This document shows, in pieces, positions 37,105-45,868 of a DNA stretch of 64,000 bases. Origin of the DNA: Cyanobacteria bacterium REEB446. Lineage in GTDB: Bacteria; Cyanobacteriota; Vampirovibrionia; LMEP-6097. The stretch is from assembly GCA_018970325.1 (NCBI GenBank), contig JAGWWP010000002.1, positions 24,693 through 88,692 of the forward strand. Direction: 5' to 3'. The notes beneath the pieces are model-generated. The model was not told the origin of the DNA and made no database searches. It saw only the letters and a program-made list of their open reading frames with translations. The translations under genes and the position numbers were made by a program. Every line of letters begins with the position of its first letter. Positions within the stretch are counted from its first letter, which is position 1.

Positions 37105-38447
37105 TGACTGATAGAAAAGTAGATTTAGTTTTAGAGGAAGTTTCGACTAATTGTAAGCAGCTTGGCGTGAATGATTATGAAGTGCTGATGAAAGATTCTA
37201 ACTCTGAAATTTATTCCCATGATAAAGGAAAAGTCTTAGAGCAGAAAATCACTCAGAATCAGGTATTAGGAGTTAGATTATTTCTTGATGGGAAAGTAGG
37301 AATGAGCTATACCGAAGCTTTAGATTCAGAATCTTTAAAAGCTGTCTGTGAGCAAGCTATGCTTAGTCTTAAATTTTCTACACCTAACCCGAAGCAGCTT
37401 TTAGCTTTAGAAACGATTAATGTAATAGATGATAATGCAGAACTGAATCAGGAACTAGATATTTCGATAGAAGGAAAATTAGCTTTAGCTAGGGACCTAG
37501 AAAATGAAGTTTTTAATTTATCTAGTCATGTTAAATCAGTTCCCTATAATGGTTTAGCATTTTCTAGTGCGAGAACTTTTATCAGGAACTCTAAAGGCGT
37601 AAACTCTGAGCTATCACGCAAGCAAGTCAGGGCGACTAGTTCATGTTTGCTTGAGCGTGAAGCGAAGCAGGCTTTTGATTACATTAGTTATAGCTATCCG
37701 AATCTAAATGAAATTAATCCTTGTGAAATGGCTAAAAAAGTTTATGAAGAAAGTTTAGCTATGCTTGATGCTGGGCCATTAAGTAATGGACACTATGACG
37801 TGGTTTTTAATCCTGAAACTTTTGAAGAGCTGTTTCATACCTTTAGTGTGATTTTTTCTTCAGAAGCTGCTCGTAAAGAACTAAATCCATTATGGAAACA
37901 GCGAAATTCTTTAATAGCTTCACCTTTACTTAGTGTCTATGATAGACCGAGAGCTGCTTATGGACTGGGGCGTCTTTTAATTGATGATGAGGGCGTGGCT
38001 ACAGCTAATCAGACTCTTATTGAAAATGGATATTTTATTGACGGTATTTATAATTCATATACGGCTAATTTTTTTGGTACTAAAAGCTCTGGCCATGCGA
38101 AAAGAAGTCCGAAGTCATCTTTAGATGTGCAGTTGCATCAAGCGGAAGTCGCTGCTGGTTTGAGTTCTAATGCAGAGCTTTATAAAGGTCAGCTGCTCTA
38201 TGTCACGAGACTAGATGGTCTGCATTCTGGTGCTAATTTAATTTCGGGAGATTTTTCTTTCGGTGTTGCTGGCTATGTTTTAGAGGATGGGGCTAAGCAG
38301 TTTAGCTTTAAAGAGACGACAGTAAAGGGTAATTTTTATCAGATGCTTAAAGATATTATGCTTATTGGGTCTGAGATAAAGCCCTCTAATTCGGGTGATT
38401 TTTTTGCTCCAGAGATTCGCTTTGGTGAGCTATCGTTTGCTGCTTAA
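37104..38447 (+). CDS. pmbA: Metalloprotease PmbA/TldE
   Basis: TldD/PmbA-family fold directly downstream of tldD with overlapping stop/start (ATGA). Lacks HExxxH, as expected for PmbA. Confidence 0.8.
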   Translation: MTDRKVDLVLEEVSTNCKQLGVNDYEVLMKDSNSEIYSHDKGKVLEQKITQNQVLGVRLFLDGKVGMSYTEALDSESLKAVCEQAMLSLKFSTPNPKQLLALETINVIDDNAELNQELDISIEGKLALARDLENEVFNLSSHVKSVPYNGLAFSSARTFIRNSKGVNSELSRKQVRATSSCLLEREAKQAFDYISYSYPNLNEINPCEMAKKVYEESLAMLDAGPLSNGHYDVVFNPETFEELFHTFSVIFSSEAARKELNPLWKQRNSLIASPLLSVYDRPRAAYGLGRLLIDDEGVATANQTLIENGYFIDGIYNSYTANFFGTKSSGHAKRSPKSSLDVQLHQAEVAAGLSSNAELYKGQLLYVTRLDGLHSGANLISGDFSFGVAGYVLEDGAKQFSFKETTVKGNFYQMLKDIMLIGSEIKPSNSGDFFAPEIRFGELSFAA

Positions 38448-38454
38448 TGCTAGA

Positions 38455-38512
38455 GACCGCTGTACAACTTGCATTTTCAAGACTGAGGAGAACGAATGAC
38501 CGCAATGTACTC
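38455..38512 (+). repeat. Partial RPE-like element (5' half type) between pmbA and tRNA-Pro
   Basis: gagaccgctgtacaacttgcattttcaagactgaggagaacgaatgaccgcaatgtac matches the 5' half of the copy at 40094-40151. Confidence 0.65.
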
Positions 38513-38533
38513 TATTTCTTTAATTAATAAAAA

Positions 38534-38610
38534 TGGTCGGGACAGCAGGATTTGAACCTGCGACCTCTTCGTCCCAAGCGAAGCGCTCTACCAAGCTGAG
38601 CCATGTCCCG
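38534..38610 (-). tRNA. tRNA-Pro (anticodon UGG), CCA encoded
   Basis: The reverse complement CGGGACA UG GCUC AGCUUGGUA GAGC G CUUCG CUUGGGA CGAAG AGGUC GCAGG UUCAAAU CCUGC UGUCCCG A CCA folds into a perfect cloverleaf. Anticodon loop CUUGGGA gives UGG, with G37. Confidence 0.85.
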
Positions 38611-38677
38611 TCTCAGATCGAGTTTAAATTATAAAATGCTTTCAAAAATAATTCTTGTATTTTTTATAAATGAAACA

Positions 38678-39319
38678 TTAATATTCTTGTGTGGGTAAAT
38701 AAAAGTATTTCAAAAAGTTCTCAGATAAGTCATTTAATAAGCTTTTTGCTAAATCTTGAGTGGCATTGATGCTGCTAATCTCCTCTAGGCTGATGGGCAT
38801 TGCCTTCGGTATATCGAGGGAACTTTCTTTTAGCTGATAACTGCTTTTATAAAGATTAATACCTATACCTACTGTATGGTATTCAGTATCTTTAAAAACA
38901 AATCTTTCTAGGAGTATCCCAGCTAGCTTGCAATTATTAACGTATATGTCGTTAAGAGGTTTTAGTTTAAATTCTGGAGAGGGGTACATAGCTGTATTTT
39001 CAGTGCTTTCTTTTAAAGACTGCTGCGAAACTCGCTTGAGCCCTTCTTCTAGTGATCTAATGCAGAGTTCAGTCGCTAATATAGATGAGTTCTCTGCGGG
39101 GATTCTAAGGTCACTGACCAAAGATAGATAAAGACCAGCTCCACGTGGTGATGCCCAGCTTTTACCATGCTGCCCGCGCCCCTGTGATTGAAAGTCTGCA
39201 CTTACACAGATTATCGAGCCTGATTGGTATTCAGAACTCTCTTTGATAAGCCTTTTGGCTTCGTTCATAGTGGAATCCACATCTAGATAGTGTTTAAAGG
39301 AGATTGTTGGTTGAGTCAT
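38678..39319 (-). CDS. birA: Biotin--[acetyl-CoA-carboxylase] ligase (group I, no DNA-binding domain)
   Basis: QSQGRGQHGKSWASPRGAGLYLSL is the BPL/LPL catalytic-domain biotin-binding motif. Confidence 0.75.
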   Translation of the reverse strand: MTQPTISFKHYLDVDSTMNEAKRLIKESSEYQSGSIICVSADFQSQGRGQHGKSWASPRGAGLYLSLVSDLRIPAENSSILATELCIRSLEEGLKRVSQQSLKESTENTAMYPSPEFKLKPLNDIYVNNCKLAGILLERFVFKDTEYHTVGIGINLYKSSYQLKESSLDIPKAMPISLEEISSINATQDLAKSLLNDLSENFLKYFYLPTQEY

Positions 39320-39434
39320 CTATGTAGTACCGAGTTGATATGAGCATAATAAATTATATATATGATCTAAATATTGTTTTAATATAAATTATCTGACTTT
39401 TCTCTGTAAAACTTGTTAAGATTTTACTTTCAGT

Positions 39435-39647
39435 ATGTCAAAGCGTAAGACTAATAAATCGGCAAAGAAAAGATTCAAGTTAACTGGCACAGGTAAGCTA
39501 ACTTTTAAGAAAGGTGGTATCAGTCACTTGAATACAGGTATGTCTGCTAAGCATAAAAGACGTCTAAGAAAGCCAGAGGGCGAGGTACATGAATCTCAAA
39601 TGGAGAGAATTATGTCTATGTTCCCGTATACTAAGTACGCGAGATAG
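39435..39647 (+). CDS. rpmI: 50S ribosomal protein L35
   Basis: MSKRKTNKSAKKRFKLTGTGKL... fits the L35 pattern, directly upstream of rplT. Confidence 0.85.
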   Translation: MSKRKTNKSAKKRFKLTGTGKLTFKKGGISHLNTGMSAKHKRRLRKPEGEVHESQMERIMSMFPYTKYAR

Positions 39648-39693
39648 TTTTAGCTAAAAGAATTTAGGAATTTTATTTTTCAAGAGGTAAGTC

Positions 39694-40059
39694 ATGAGAG
39701 TCACAAGAGGTAATGTAAATAGAAAAAAACATAAGAAGGTATTAAAACTTACCAAAGGTTATGCTGGTAGCAGAAGTAAGATCTTCGTTGCTGCTATGCA
39801 GTCTATGATGAAAGGTCTTAAAAAGGCTTACATCGGAAGAAAGCTTAAAAAAAGAGATTTCAGAGGACTTTGGATTCAAAGGATTAATGCTGCTGCAAGA
39901 GAGTTAGGTATTTCTTATAGTCAGTTTATTCATGGTTTGGCTAAGGCTAATATCATTATCAACAGAAAAATGCTTGCAGATATCGCTGTTAATGATAAGA
40001 TCGCTTTCGCTAAGTTAGTAGATCAAGCTAAAGCTGCTATTATTGCAGTTGCTGCTTAG
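39694..40059 (+). CDS. rplT: 50S ribosomal protein L20
   Basis: MRVTRGNVNRKKHKKVLKLTKGYAGSRSK...RRELGISYSQFI is canonical L20. Confidence 0.9.
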   Translation: MRVTRGNVNRKKHKKVLKLTKGYAGSRSKIFVAAMQSMMKGLKKAYIGRKLKKRDFRGLWIQRINAAARELGISYSQFIHGLAKANIIINRKMLADIAVNDKIAFAKLVDQAKAAIIAVAA

Positions 40060-40093
40060 TTTCTAGATATATATTTCTAAATTTTATTAAGGA

Positions 40094-40289
40094 GAGACCA
40101 CTGCACAACGTGCAGTTTCAAGGCTGAGGAGGACGAATGACCGCAGTGTACGGCTAATTTCCAGCGATGCCGAGCATGCGACATTAATGTTATATGCGAG
40201 CAAGCGGAAATACAAGCTTGATTTATCAAGCTTACATGAGGATCATGAGGACGACGAAAACGCAGAAAATGGAGTTGTGCAATGGTCTC
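40094..40289 (+). repeat. Composite RPE-like element split by a ~75-bp nested insertion; 16-bp TIR gagaccaYtgcacaac
   Basis: The 5' part is gagaccactgcacaacgtgcagtttcaaggctgaggaggacgaatgaccgcagtgtac. An unrelated 40152-40224 segment follows, containing a perfect 20-bp palindrome aagcttgatttatcaagctt. The 3' part is catgaggatcatgaggacgacgaaaacgcagaaaatggagttgtgcaatggtctc. In other copies the two halves are contiguous. Confidence 0.7.
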
Positions 40290-42196
40290 TAAGAGTATTC
40301 TTTTAAAAGCTGCTGAATTTCTCTAAGTAGTCTTCCAATATTTTCTTCATCTTTATTTTTTTCTGCTTCCTGTAATTCTTTATCTAACTTACGTTTGAGG
40401 ATTTCTGATTTTTGTTTTCTTAAAACTGAAATTATTTCATTAAAACGAGTCAGGTATTGTTTTTTATCAGATTCTAATTCCATCGCTATTTCAGCTAAGT
40501 CACTAGAGTATTTAAGGTCTTCAAGTGATTCATGATTTTTAAGTTTTTTAAATTTACTATTAGTGTCATCATCGGGATTTTCAAAGCTTACATCTACTAA
40601 AGCTGAGAGTATAATCTGATGTTCTTCTTTATTTAAACTGTATTCATTTGCCATAAACTCTTCTAGAAGTATTCTGTCGTCAAGCATAATAGCTAAAAGC
40701 TCTATGTCAAACCTGCTTAAGGGATCTAAGTTAATTGAAGAATGTTTTTTATGGTTTTGATTTTGCGTTGTGAAAGAGTGCTGAGTATTAGCTTCTGTAG
40801 GCTTGCTGTGATTAATAAAAGGAGTTGAATTACCACTGTTATTAGTTCCAGTTACTGCAAATTCCCTAGAAAGATTTTTAAACTCTTTCCTGATCTGTTC
40901 TTCAAGAATATTACTACTGAGATCCAGTCTTGCAGCTAGTTTCTGTATATAAGCATTTAGTTCGATTTTATTATTAATAAAATACAGGAAGCGAGACATT
41001 TTAGAAATAAAGTTAGCTTTTTCTCTGGGGCCAAATTCTTCTTTTTTAAATTCTGATATTAATTTATCTGTCTTGTAGTCGATAAATGATTTAGCATTTT
41101 TAATTTCAAGCTCAAAATTACTATTGCCAAAGAGTTTTATAAAATCATCTGGATCTTTAGCTGTTTGTAAATCTATGACTTTAATTTCAGGATTCAGTTC
41201 AGCAGCTATTTGCATGATAACTTCAAAAGCCCTTTCCTTAGCTAATTCACCAGCCTTATCACTATCTAAGCAGAGATAAATACTTTTACTTGACGAGTAT
41301 TTTAGTAAAAGCTTGGCTTGTTTAGGCGTAAGTGCTGTTCCCTGGTTGGCGACTGTATTCTTAAAGCCCTCTTTGTAAAGTGCTATTTGATCAAAGTAGC
41401 CTTCAACTAAAATGACGAAATTCTTTTCCTTAATAGCTTTCTTTGCAAGTGAAAGCCCAAATAGTTCATCACCTTTATGATATATATCGGTTTCTGGAGA
41501 ATTAATATATTTAGGAGCCTCTGAATTATTCTCTAAAATCCTTGCCCCGAAGCCGATAACTTCATCCTTCTCATTAGTAATCGGGATCATTAGCCTATCT
41601 CTGAAACGATCATAATATTTCCCTGATTTTTCATGATGAATGGCAAGCCCTGATTTAAAAATCTCCTCTTCACTAATTTTTAATTTTCCAGTTAAGTGTT
41701 TGACTAAAAATCCCCAATCATCTTTAGATGTCGGTGAATAACCGATTCTGAAATTCTTAATCGTATTTAAATCTATCTGCCTTTCGCTGAGATAATTTCT
41801 GCACAGCTCAGCAGATTCAGCGCCTAAAAGTTTTTCATGATAATAATCGGCTGTTACTGAGTAAATTTCTAAATATTCATTCTGTAATTTTTGTTTACTG
41901 ATATTCTCTGGATGCTGATTTAAAGTTACTCCATATTTTAAGGCTAAGTCTTTTAGAGTTTCAGAAAAATCCTTATTATGGTATTCAGACCAGAACTTAA
42001 AAACGTCTCCTCCGGCACCACAGGCAAAGCATTTATATATGCCTTTTTGTGAGCTGATATGCATTGAGGGCTTAGTGTCATTATGAAAAGGGCATTTAGC
42101 GACATAGCTAGCTCCAGCTCTTTTCACTGGAATATGATCAGCGATAAGTTCTACTATGTCAGCTTTCTCTTTAATTTCATTGATTGACGATGACAT
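40289..42196 (-). CDS. dnaG: DNA primase
   Basis: N-terminal zinc ribbon CPFHNDTKPSMHIS...YKCFACGAGGDV followed by TOPRIM-domain acidic motifs. Confidence 0.85.
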   Translation of the reverse strand: MSSSINEIKEKADIVELIADHIPVKRAGASYVAKCPFHNDTKPSMHISSQKGIYKCFACGAGGDVFKFWSEYHNKDFSETLKDLALKYGVTLNQHPENISKQKLQNEYLEIYSVTADYYHEKLLGAESAELCRNYLSERQIDLNTIKNFRIGYSPTSKDDWGFLVKHLTGKLKISEEEIFKSGLAIHHEKSGKYYDRFRDRLMIPITNEKDEVIGFGARILENNSEAPKYINSPETDIYHKGDELFGLSLAKKAIKEKNFVILVEGYFDQIALYKEGFKNTVANQGTALTPKQAKLLLKYSSSKSIYLCLDSDKAGELAKERAFEVIMQIAAELNPEIKVIDLQTAKDPDDFIKLFGNSNFELEIKNAKSFIDYKTDKLISEFKKEEFGPREKANFISKMSRFLYFINNKIELNAYIQKLAARLDLSSNILEEQIRKEFKNLSREFAVTGTNNSGNSTPFINHSKPTEANTQHSFTTQNQNHKKHSSINLDPLSRFDIELLAIMLDDRILLEEFMANEYSLNKEEHQIILSALVDVSFENPDDDTNSKFKKLKNHESLEDLKYSSDLAEIAMELESDKKQYLTRFNEIISVLRKQKSEILKRKLDKELQEAEKNKDEENIGRLLREIQQLLKEYS

Positions 42197-42221
42197 TAGA
42201 TTATCTATGATAGCAATTGAT

Positions 42222-43361
42222 TTATCTAGTAGTTTTAAAATAGGAAATCAGGATGGCGACTAGTGATAATAGAAAATTTGGAAACCACATCGCCACTATA
42301 GCGGGCATTCTGCCAGAATCCCCAAAAGATGTAAAAATAGCTTGGAACATAAAAAAAGAAAATACTATTAGTCCAAGAGTTATATAGTTCCAGTTACGTG
42401 ACTCTCTTCTAGAGCTAAATCCTAAGAGAGCACCGATAAAAGCAAGTATCAGAGCGGTGAAAGGATATGCAAAGCGCTGTTGGAAATTAGTTTTCAGGGA
42501 ATTTAGACTACTGGTTTCAATATTATTCTTTTCATGCAGCTTGATGAGTTCCCATACTTCAAGAATATTTAGAGTCTGTATTCTTTTATAAATATGAATT
42601 AAATCAATAGGGTTAGTCTGACTTTCTATAAACTTGGTTTTAAAATTCGAGACCATGTGATTAAAACCTTCATTATCATCCATCGCTGCACGATCAATAA
42701 AACTAGAATTCCCTTTTTCTAAATTCCAGCCATGTTTTTCTGAATCCCACTCAGCGTTCTTGGCAAGGTGTATATTAATGAAACCCTTATCATTAAAATC
42801 AACTATGACTAAGTTCGTCAGTAAATCTTCTTTGATTGATTTAGCATAAAATATTTGTTGAACTTCTTTGTTCGGGTAGTGCTTAGTGTAGGTAAAGCTT
42901 TTAACTTCTTTGCTTTCTCTTTTTTTTGCAGATTTGAAAATACTATCGTTGAGAGGCGCAGTTACGGGGATTAAAATCTCAGCGAGAATAAAACAACTCA
43001 GTACGCCGATTAGACCGAAAATCATCACAGGTTTTAGAATGCGTAGATAATTGGCTCCAGCTGCTTTCATCGCGGTGAACTCTGCTTGAATTGAGAGTTT
43101 TTGAAAACAAAGAAAGCAGGCAAGTAAAATACAGATAGGTAAAATATTTAAGGCGATTTTCGGAATATCCAAAATTAATATGAAGAAACCAGTGTACCAA
43201 GGGTAATCACCACTAGCTAGCAGTTTGAATATTTGCTTAAATCGATCTATTCCTAGCCAAACCCCCGCTATAATGCCTCCAGCACTTAAGAATGGCAAAA
43301 CGAATTCACTAAATATATAGGTGTCAATTCGTTTGAGGTACCTAGTCGTTAAGGGCTGCAA
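42222..43361 (-). CDS. LptF/LptG-family (YjgP/YjgQ) LPS-export permease
   Basis: 379 aa with 3 N-terminal TM helices, a periplasmic beta-jellyroll-sized loop and 3 C-terminal TM helices, which is the LptF/G topology. Confidence 0.65.
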   Translation of the reverse strand: MQPLTTRYLKRIDTYIFSEFVLPFLSAGGIIAGVWLGIDRFKQIFKLLASGDYPWYTGFFILILDIPKIALNILPICILLACFLCFQKLSIQAEFTAMKAAGANYLRILKPVMIFGLIGVLSCFILAEILIPVTAPLNDSIFKSAKKRESKEVKSFTYTKHYPNKEVQQIFYAKSIKEDLLTNLVIVDFNDKGFINIHLAKNAEWDSEKHGWNLEKGNSSFIDRAAMDDNEGFNHMVSNFKTKFIESQTNPIDLIHIYKRIQTLNILEVWELIKLHEKNNIETSSLNSLKTNFQQRFAYPFTALILAFIGALLGFSSRRESRNWNYITLGLIVFSFFMFQAIFTSFGDSGRMPAIVAMWFPNFLLSLVAILISYFKTTR

Positions 43362-43388
43362 TATAGTATCTTTTATGAGCTAGGTTTA

Positions 43389-44183
43389 TTAATTCAAGAT
43401 TAGTTCTTGTTCTTGAAGAGTTTTTTCTATCTGAGTTATAGATAGTGATTCTTGAAGACGTTTAATAGAAGCTAACATCTCTAATTCTGAATCAAGTCTA
43501 TTAATATATTTACCCACTCCGATACCGTGTGCGCCAGCTGTAATAGCAAGAGCAGCTGTATCAGGGCTTATACCCGAAGCTGTAAGTATAAAGGTCTTCT
43601 TAAGATTTTTACTAAGCTCGATAGTGTTAGAAAGCGTTAGCATAACTTTCTGAAGAACGCCAAGCGTATTAGAGCTATTAGCGTCTGTCGGTAAAGATCC
43701 TTCAGTCTGAATGATCTCCACTCCTAGATTTTCTAAATCTGTAGCTAATTTAACTTGTTCGTTAATATTTAAATGACCTGGAACAGTTACGGAAAGCATG
43801 GTTCCTTCTGTTTTAATTTCTGTAAGTTCTTTAGCTAATGCAAGAACTTCATCTGCTGATAAGTAAATGCCTTCTTCGTAAAGAGCTTCGAAATTACCAA
43901 GCTCAAGTATGTCAGCTCCAAGTTCTTGAGCTCTTTTTAGTTCTTCAACTTTAACTGATGAAACTACAAGAACAGTATCTTTTAGAAGCTCTCTAACTGC
44001 GATGATAATATCCTCTCTTGCGGAAATATCTATTGCTGTAGCATTAGTAGCTTTTACTGCATGAGCTATTTTTAAAACTTTTTCTTTATCAAAATTATTT
44101 ATACCAGAGATTATTTTCAAGAATGATCTAGTCTCAAGTGACTCTCTGATTAGGTTATATCTAAAATTCTTTTGGCTTAGCAT
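43389..44183 (-). CDS. Ycf23/DUF561-like TIM-barrel protein
   Basis: FLKIISGINNFD ... ELGNFEALYEEGIYLSADEVLAL resembles the conserved Ycf23 (DUF561) motifs known from cyanobacteria and plastids. Confidence 0.5.
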   Translation of the reverse strand: MLSQKNFRYNLIRESLETRSFLKIISGINNFDKEKVLKIAHAVKATNATAIDISAREDIIIAVRELLKDTVLVVSSVKVEELKRAQELGADILELGNFEALYEEGIYLSADEVLALAKELTEIKTEGTMLSVTVPGHLNINEQVKLATDLENLGVEIIQTEGSLPTDANSSNTLGVLQKVMLTLSNTIELSKNLKKTFILTASGISPDTAALAITAGAHGIGVGKYINRLDSELEMLASIKRLQESLSITQIEKTLQEQELILN

Positions 44184-44216
44184 GGAAAAATTATATCACA
44201 GGGGAAAAGGGTGTCT

Positions 44217-45164
44217 TTAAAAATATCCTTCTTTCTTTTTATCTTCCATTGAGCTGTCTGAACCTAAGTCTATAACACGATTTTCACGTTCGGATTTTTT
44301 GGCTACCTTCGCTTCGTTGATGATTCCATCTATGTCAATCGCAGATGATTCTATGGCTCCAGTGCAAGGCATACAGCCGAGCGAGCGGAATCTGCATTTT
44401 AAAACTTTAACTTCTTCTCCAGCACGAGGTTTTAAATATTCTTGGCTATAGTCTACAGGTATAATAATGCCATTGCGAATAACTACTTCTCTTTCCTGAG
44501 CGTAGTAGATAGGCACTATTGGAATGCTTTCAAGTTTAATATATTCCCATATATCAAGCTCAGTCCAGTTAGATAGAGGAAAGACTCTGATACTTTCTCT
44601 AGGACTGATTCTGGCATTATAAATATTCCATAACTCAGGACGTTGATTCTTTGGGTCCCACTGTCCGAAACCATCTCTAAACGAGTAGACCCTCTCTTTC
44701 GCTCTAGATTTTTCTTCATCTCTGCGAGCTCCCCCGAAGGCAGCATCAAAGCCATGTTTGTTTAAGCCGTCTAAAAGAGCACCAGTCTTCAGTGCTCCGC
44801 AGCAAGTGGTAGTCCCATATTTAAAAGGGTTCATATTATTTGCGATAGCATCTTCATTACGATTAATAATTAACCTAGCACCTAATTCTTTAGCAAAGGA
44901 ATCTCTAAATTCATACATTTCTTTGAATTTATAACCAGTGTCTATGTGCATTAAAGGGAATGGAATAGCTGCTGGGTAAAAAGCTTTACGGGCTAGGTGC
45001 AGCATGACTGATGAATCCTTGCCTACTGAATAAAGCATTACAGGGTTTTTAAATTCTGCTACTACTTCTCTAATGATATGTATGCTTTCGGCTTCGAGTT
45101 GTTCAAAGTGGCTGAGAATTTTGGGTTCCATAGTTTGCATGGGTGCTATTTTATCACGTGGCAA
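44217..45164 (-). CDS. cysD: Sulfate adenylyltransferase subunit 2
   Basis: PAPS-reductase-like fold with [12 protein letters not shown] (PP-loop SGGKDS type) and a CysD C-terminal pattern. No adjacent cysN. Confidence 0.8.
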   Translation of the reverse strand: MPRDKIAPMQTMEPKILSHFEQLEAESIHIIREVVAEFKNPVMLYSVGKDSSVMLHLARKAFYPAAIPFPLMHIDTGYKFKEMYEFRDSFAKELGARLIINRNEDAIANNMNPFKYGTTTCCGALKTGALLDGLNKHGFDAAFGGARRDEEKSRAKERVYSFRDGFGQWDPKNQRPELWNIYNARISPRESIRVFPLSNWTELDIWEYIKLESIPIVPIYYAQEREVVIRNGIIIPVDYSQEYLKPRAGEEVKVLKCRFRSLGCMPCTGAIESSAIDIDGIINEAKVAKKSERENRVIDLGSDSSMEDKKKEGYF

Positions 45165-45199
45165 GCCTCCGATAATATTAGGCGATTGTTGAAATTCTT

Positions 45200-45868
45200 T
45201 TATCTAGGTAGTCTTCTGTTAATAAAGGCATGCAGGTTATCCATCTGCATATAGGGATTAGTCTTTTTCTGGTTACATAGTTCATCACAGTGCAAATGAT
45301 GGTAGTTATGACCAGGAAATATCATGGTGTGGTCTGGTAATTTCATTAGTTTATGATGAATAGTATCGAACATCGTTTCAACATCCCCACCAGGCAGATC
45401 ACATCTGCCACAGCCGTCTAGAAATAATGTATCGCCAGCTACTAAATTACCATTTACGAGAAAGCACTGAGAGCCAGGTGTATGGCCCGGTGTATGTAAA
45501 AAATCTATATGAACATTTCCTATGTCTAAATTAAAAGTCGCGTCGACTTCTATAATGTTTTCACCAATTGGTTTATAAAAGCTAGCTTCTTCTTTAGAGA
45601 CATAGACTGGTATATCATGAGTTTCTAAAAGTTTATTAATACCGTTAGTATGGTCAGGATGACCATGAGTGATTAAAGCTCCTTTAATAGTCAAGCCAGC
45701 TTCTTGAGCTTTATCTCTGATGAAATTCACATCCCAGGCTGGATCTACTACGACTATTTCTTTAGTTTCTTTATCGCCGATGAAATAAATGTAATTAGCC
45801 ATGGGGCCAAGTTCAAACTGCTCAATCAATAGGGGGCTTGCTTTGCTCAGGGTATTTAATTCTGTCAT
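45200..45868 (-). CDS. MBL-fold metallo-hydrolase (glyoxalase II-like)
   Basis: [10 protein letters not shown] and the downstream His/Asp ligands are present. The true start is probably the internal Met ([10 protein letters not shown]), which reduces the overlap with the upstream gene. Confidence 0.7.
   Translation of the reverse strand: MTELNTLSKASPLLIEQFELGPMANYIYFIGDKETKEIVVVDPAWDVNFIRDKAQEAGLTIKGALITHGHPDHTNGINKLLETHDIPVYVSKEEASFYKPIGENIIEVDATFNLDIGNVHIDFLHTPGHTPGSQCFLVNGNLVAGDTLFLDGCGRCDLPGGDVETMFDTIHHKLMKLPDHTMIFPGHNYHHLHCDELCNQKKTNPYMQMDNLHAFINRRLPR

Noticed and set aside
45822-45868. 47-nt overlap between the 7TM-HD gene end and the MBL-hydrolase gene start, as possible programmed overlap or fusion
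   Set aside because: It is more likely an over-extended start for the MBL hydrolase. An internal Met at [10 protein letters not shown] matches the usual family N-terminus and reduces the overlap to about 21 nt.
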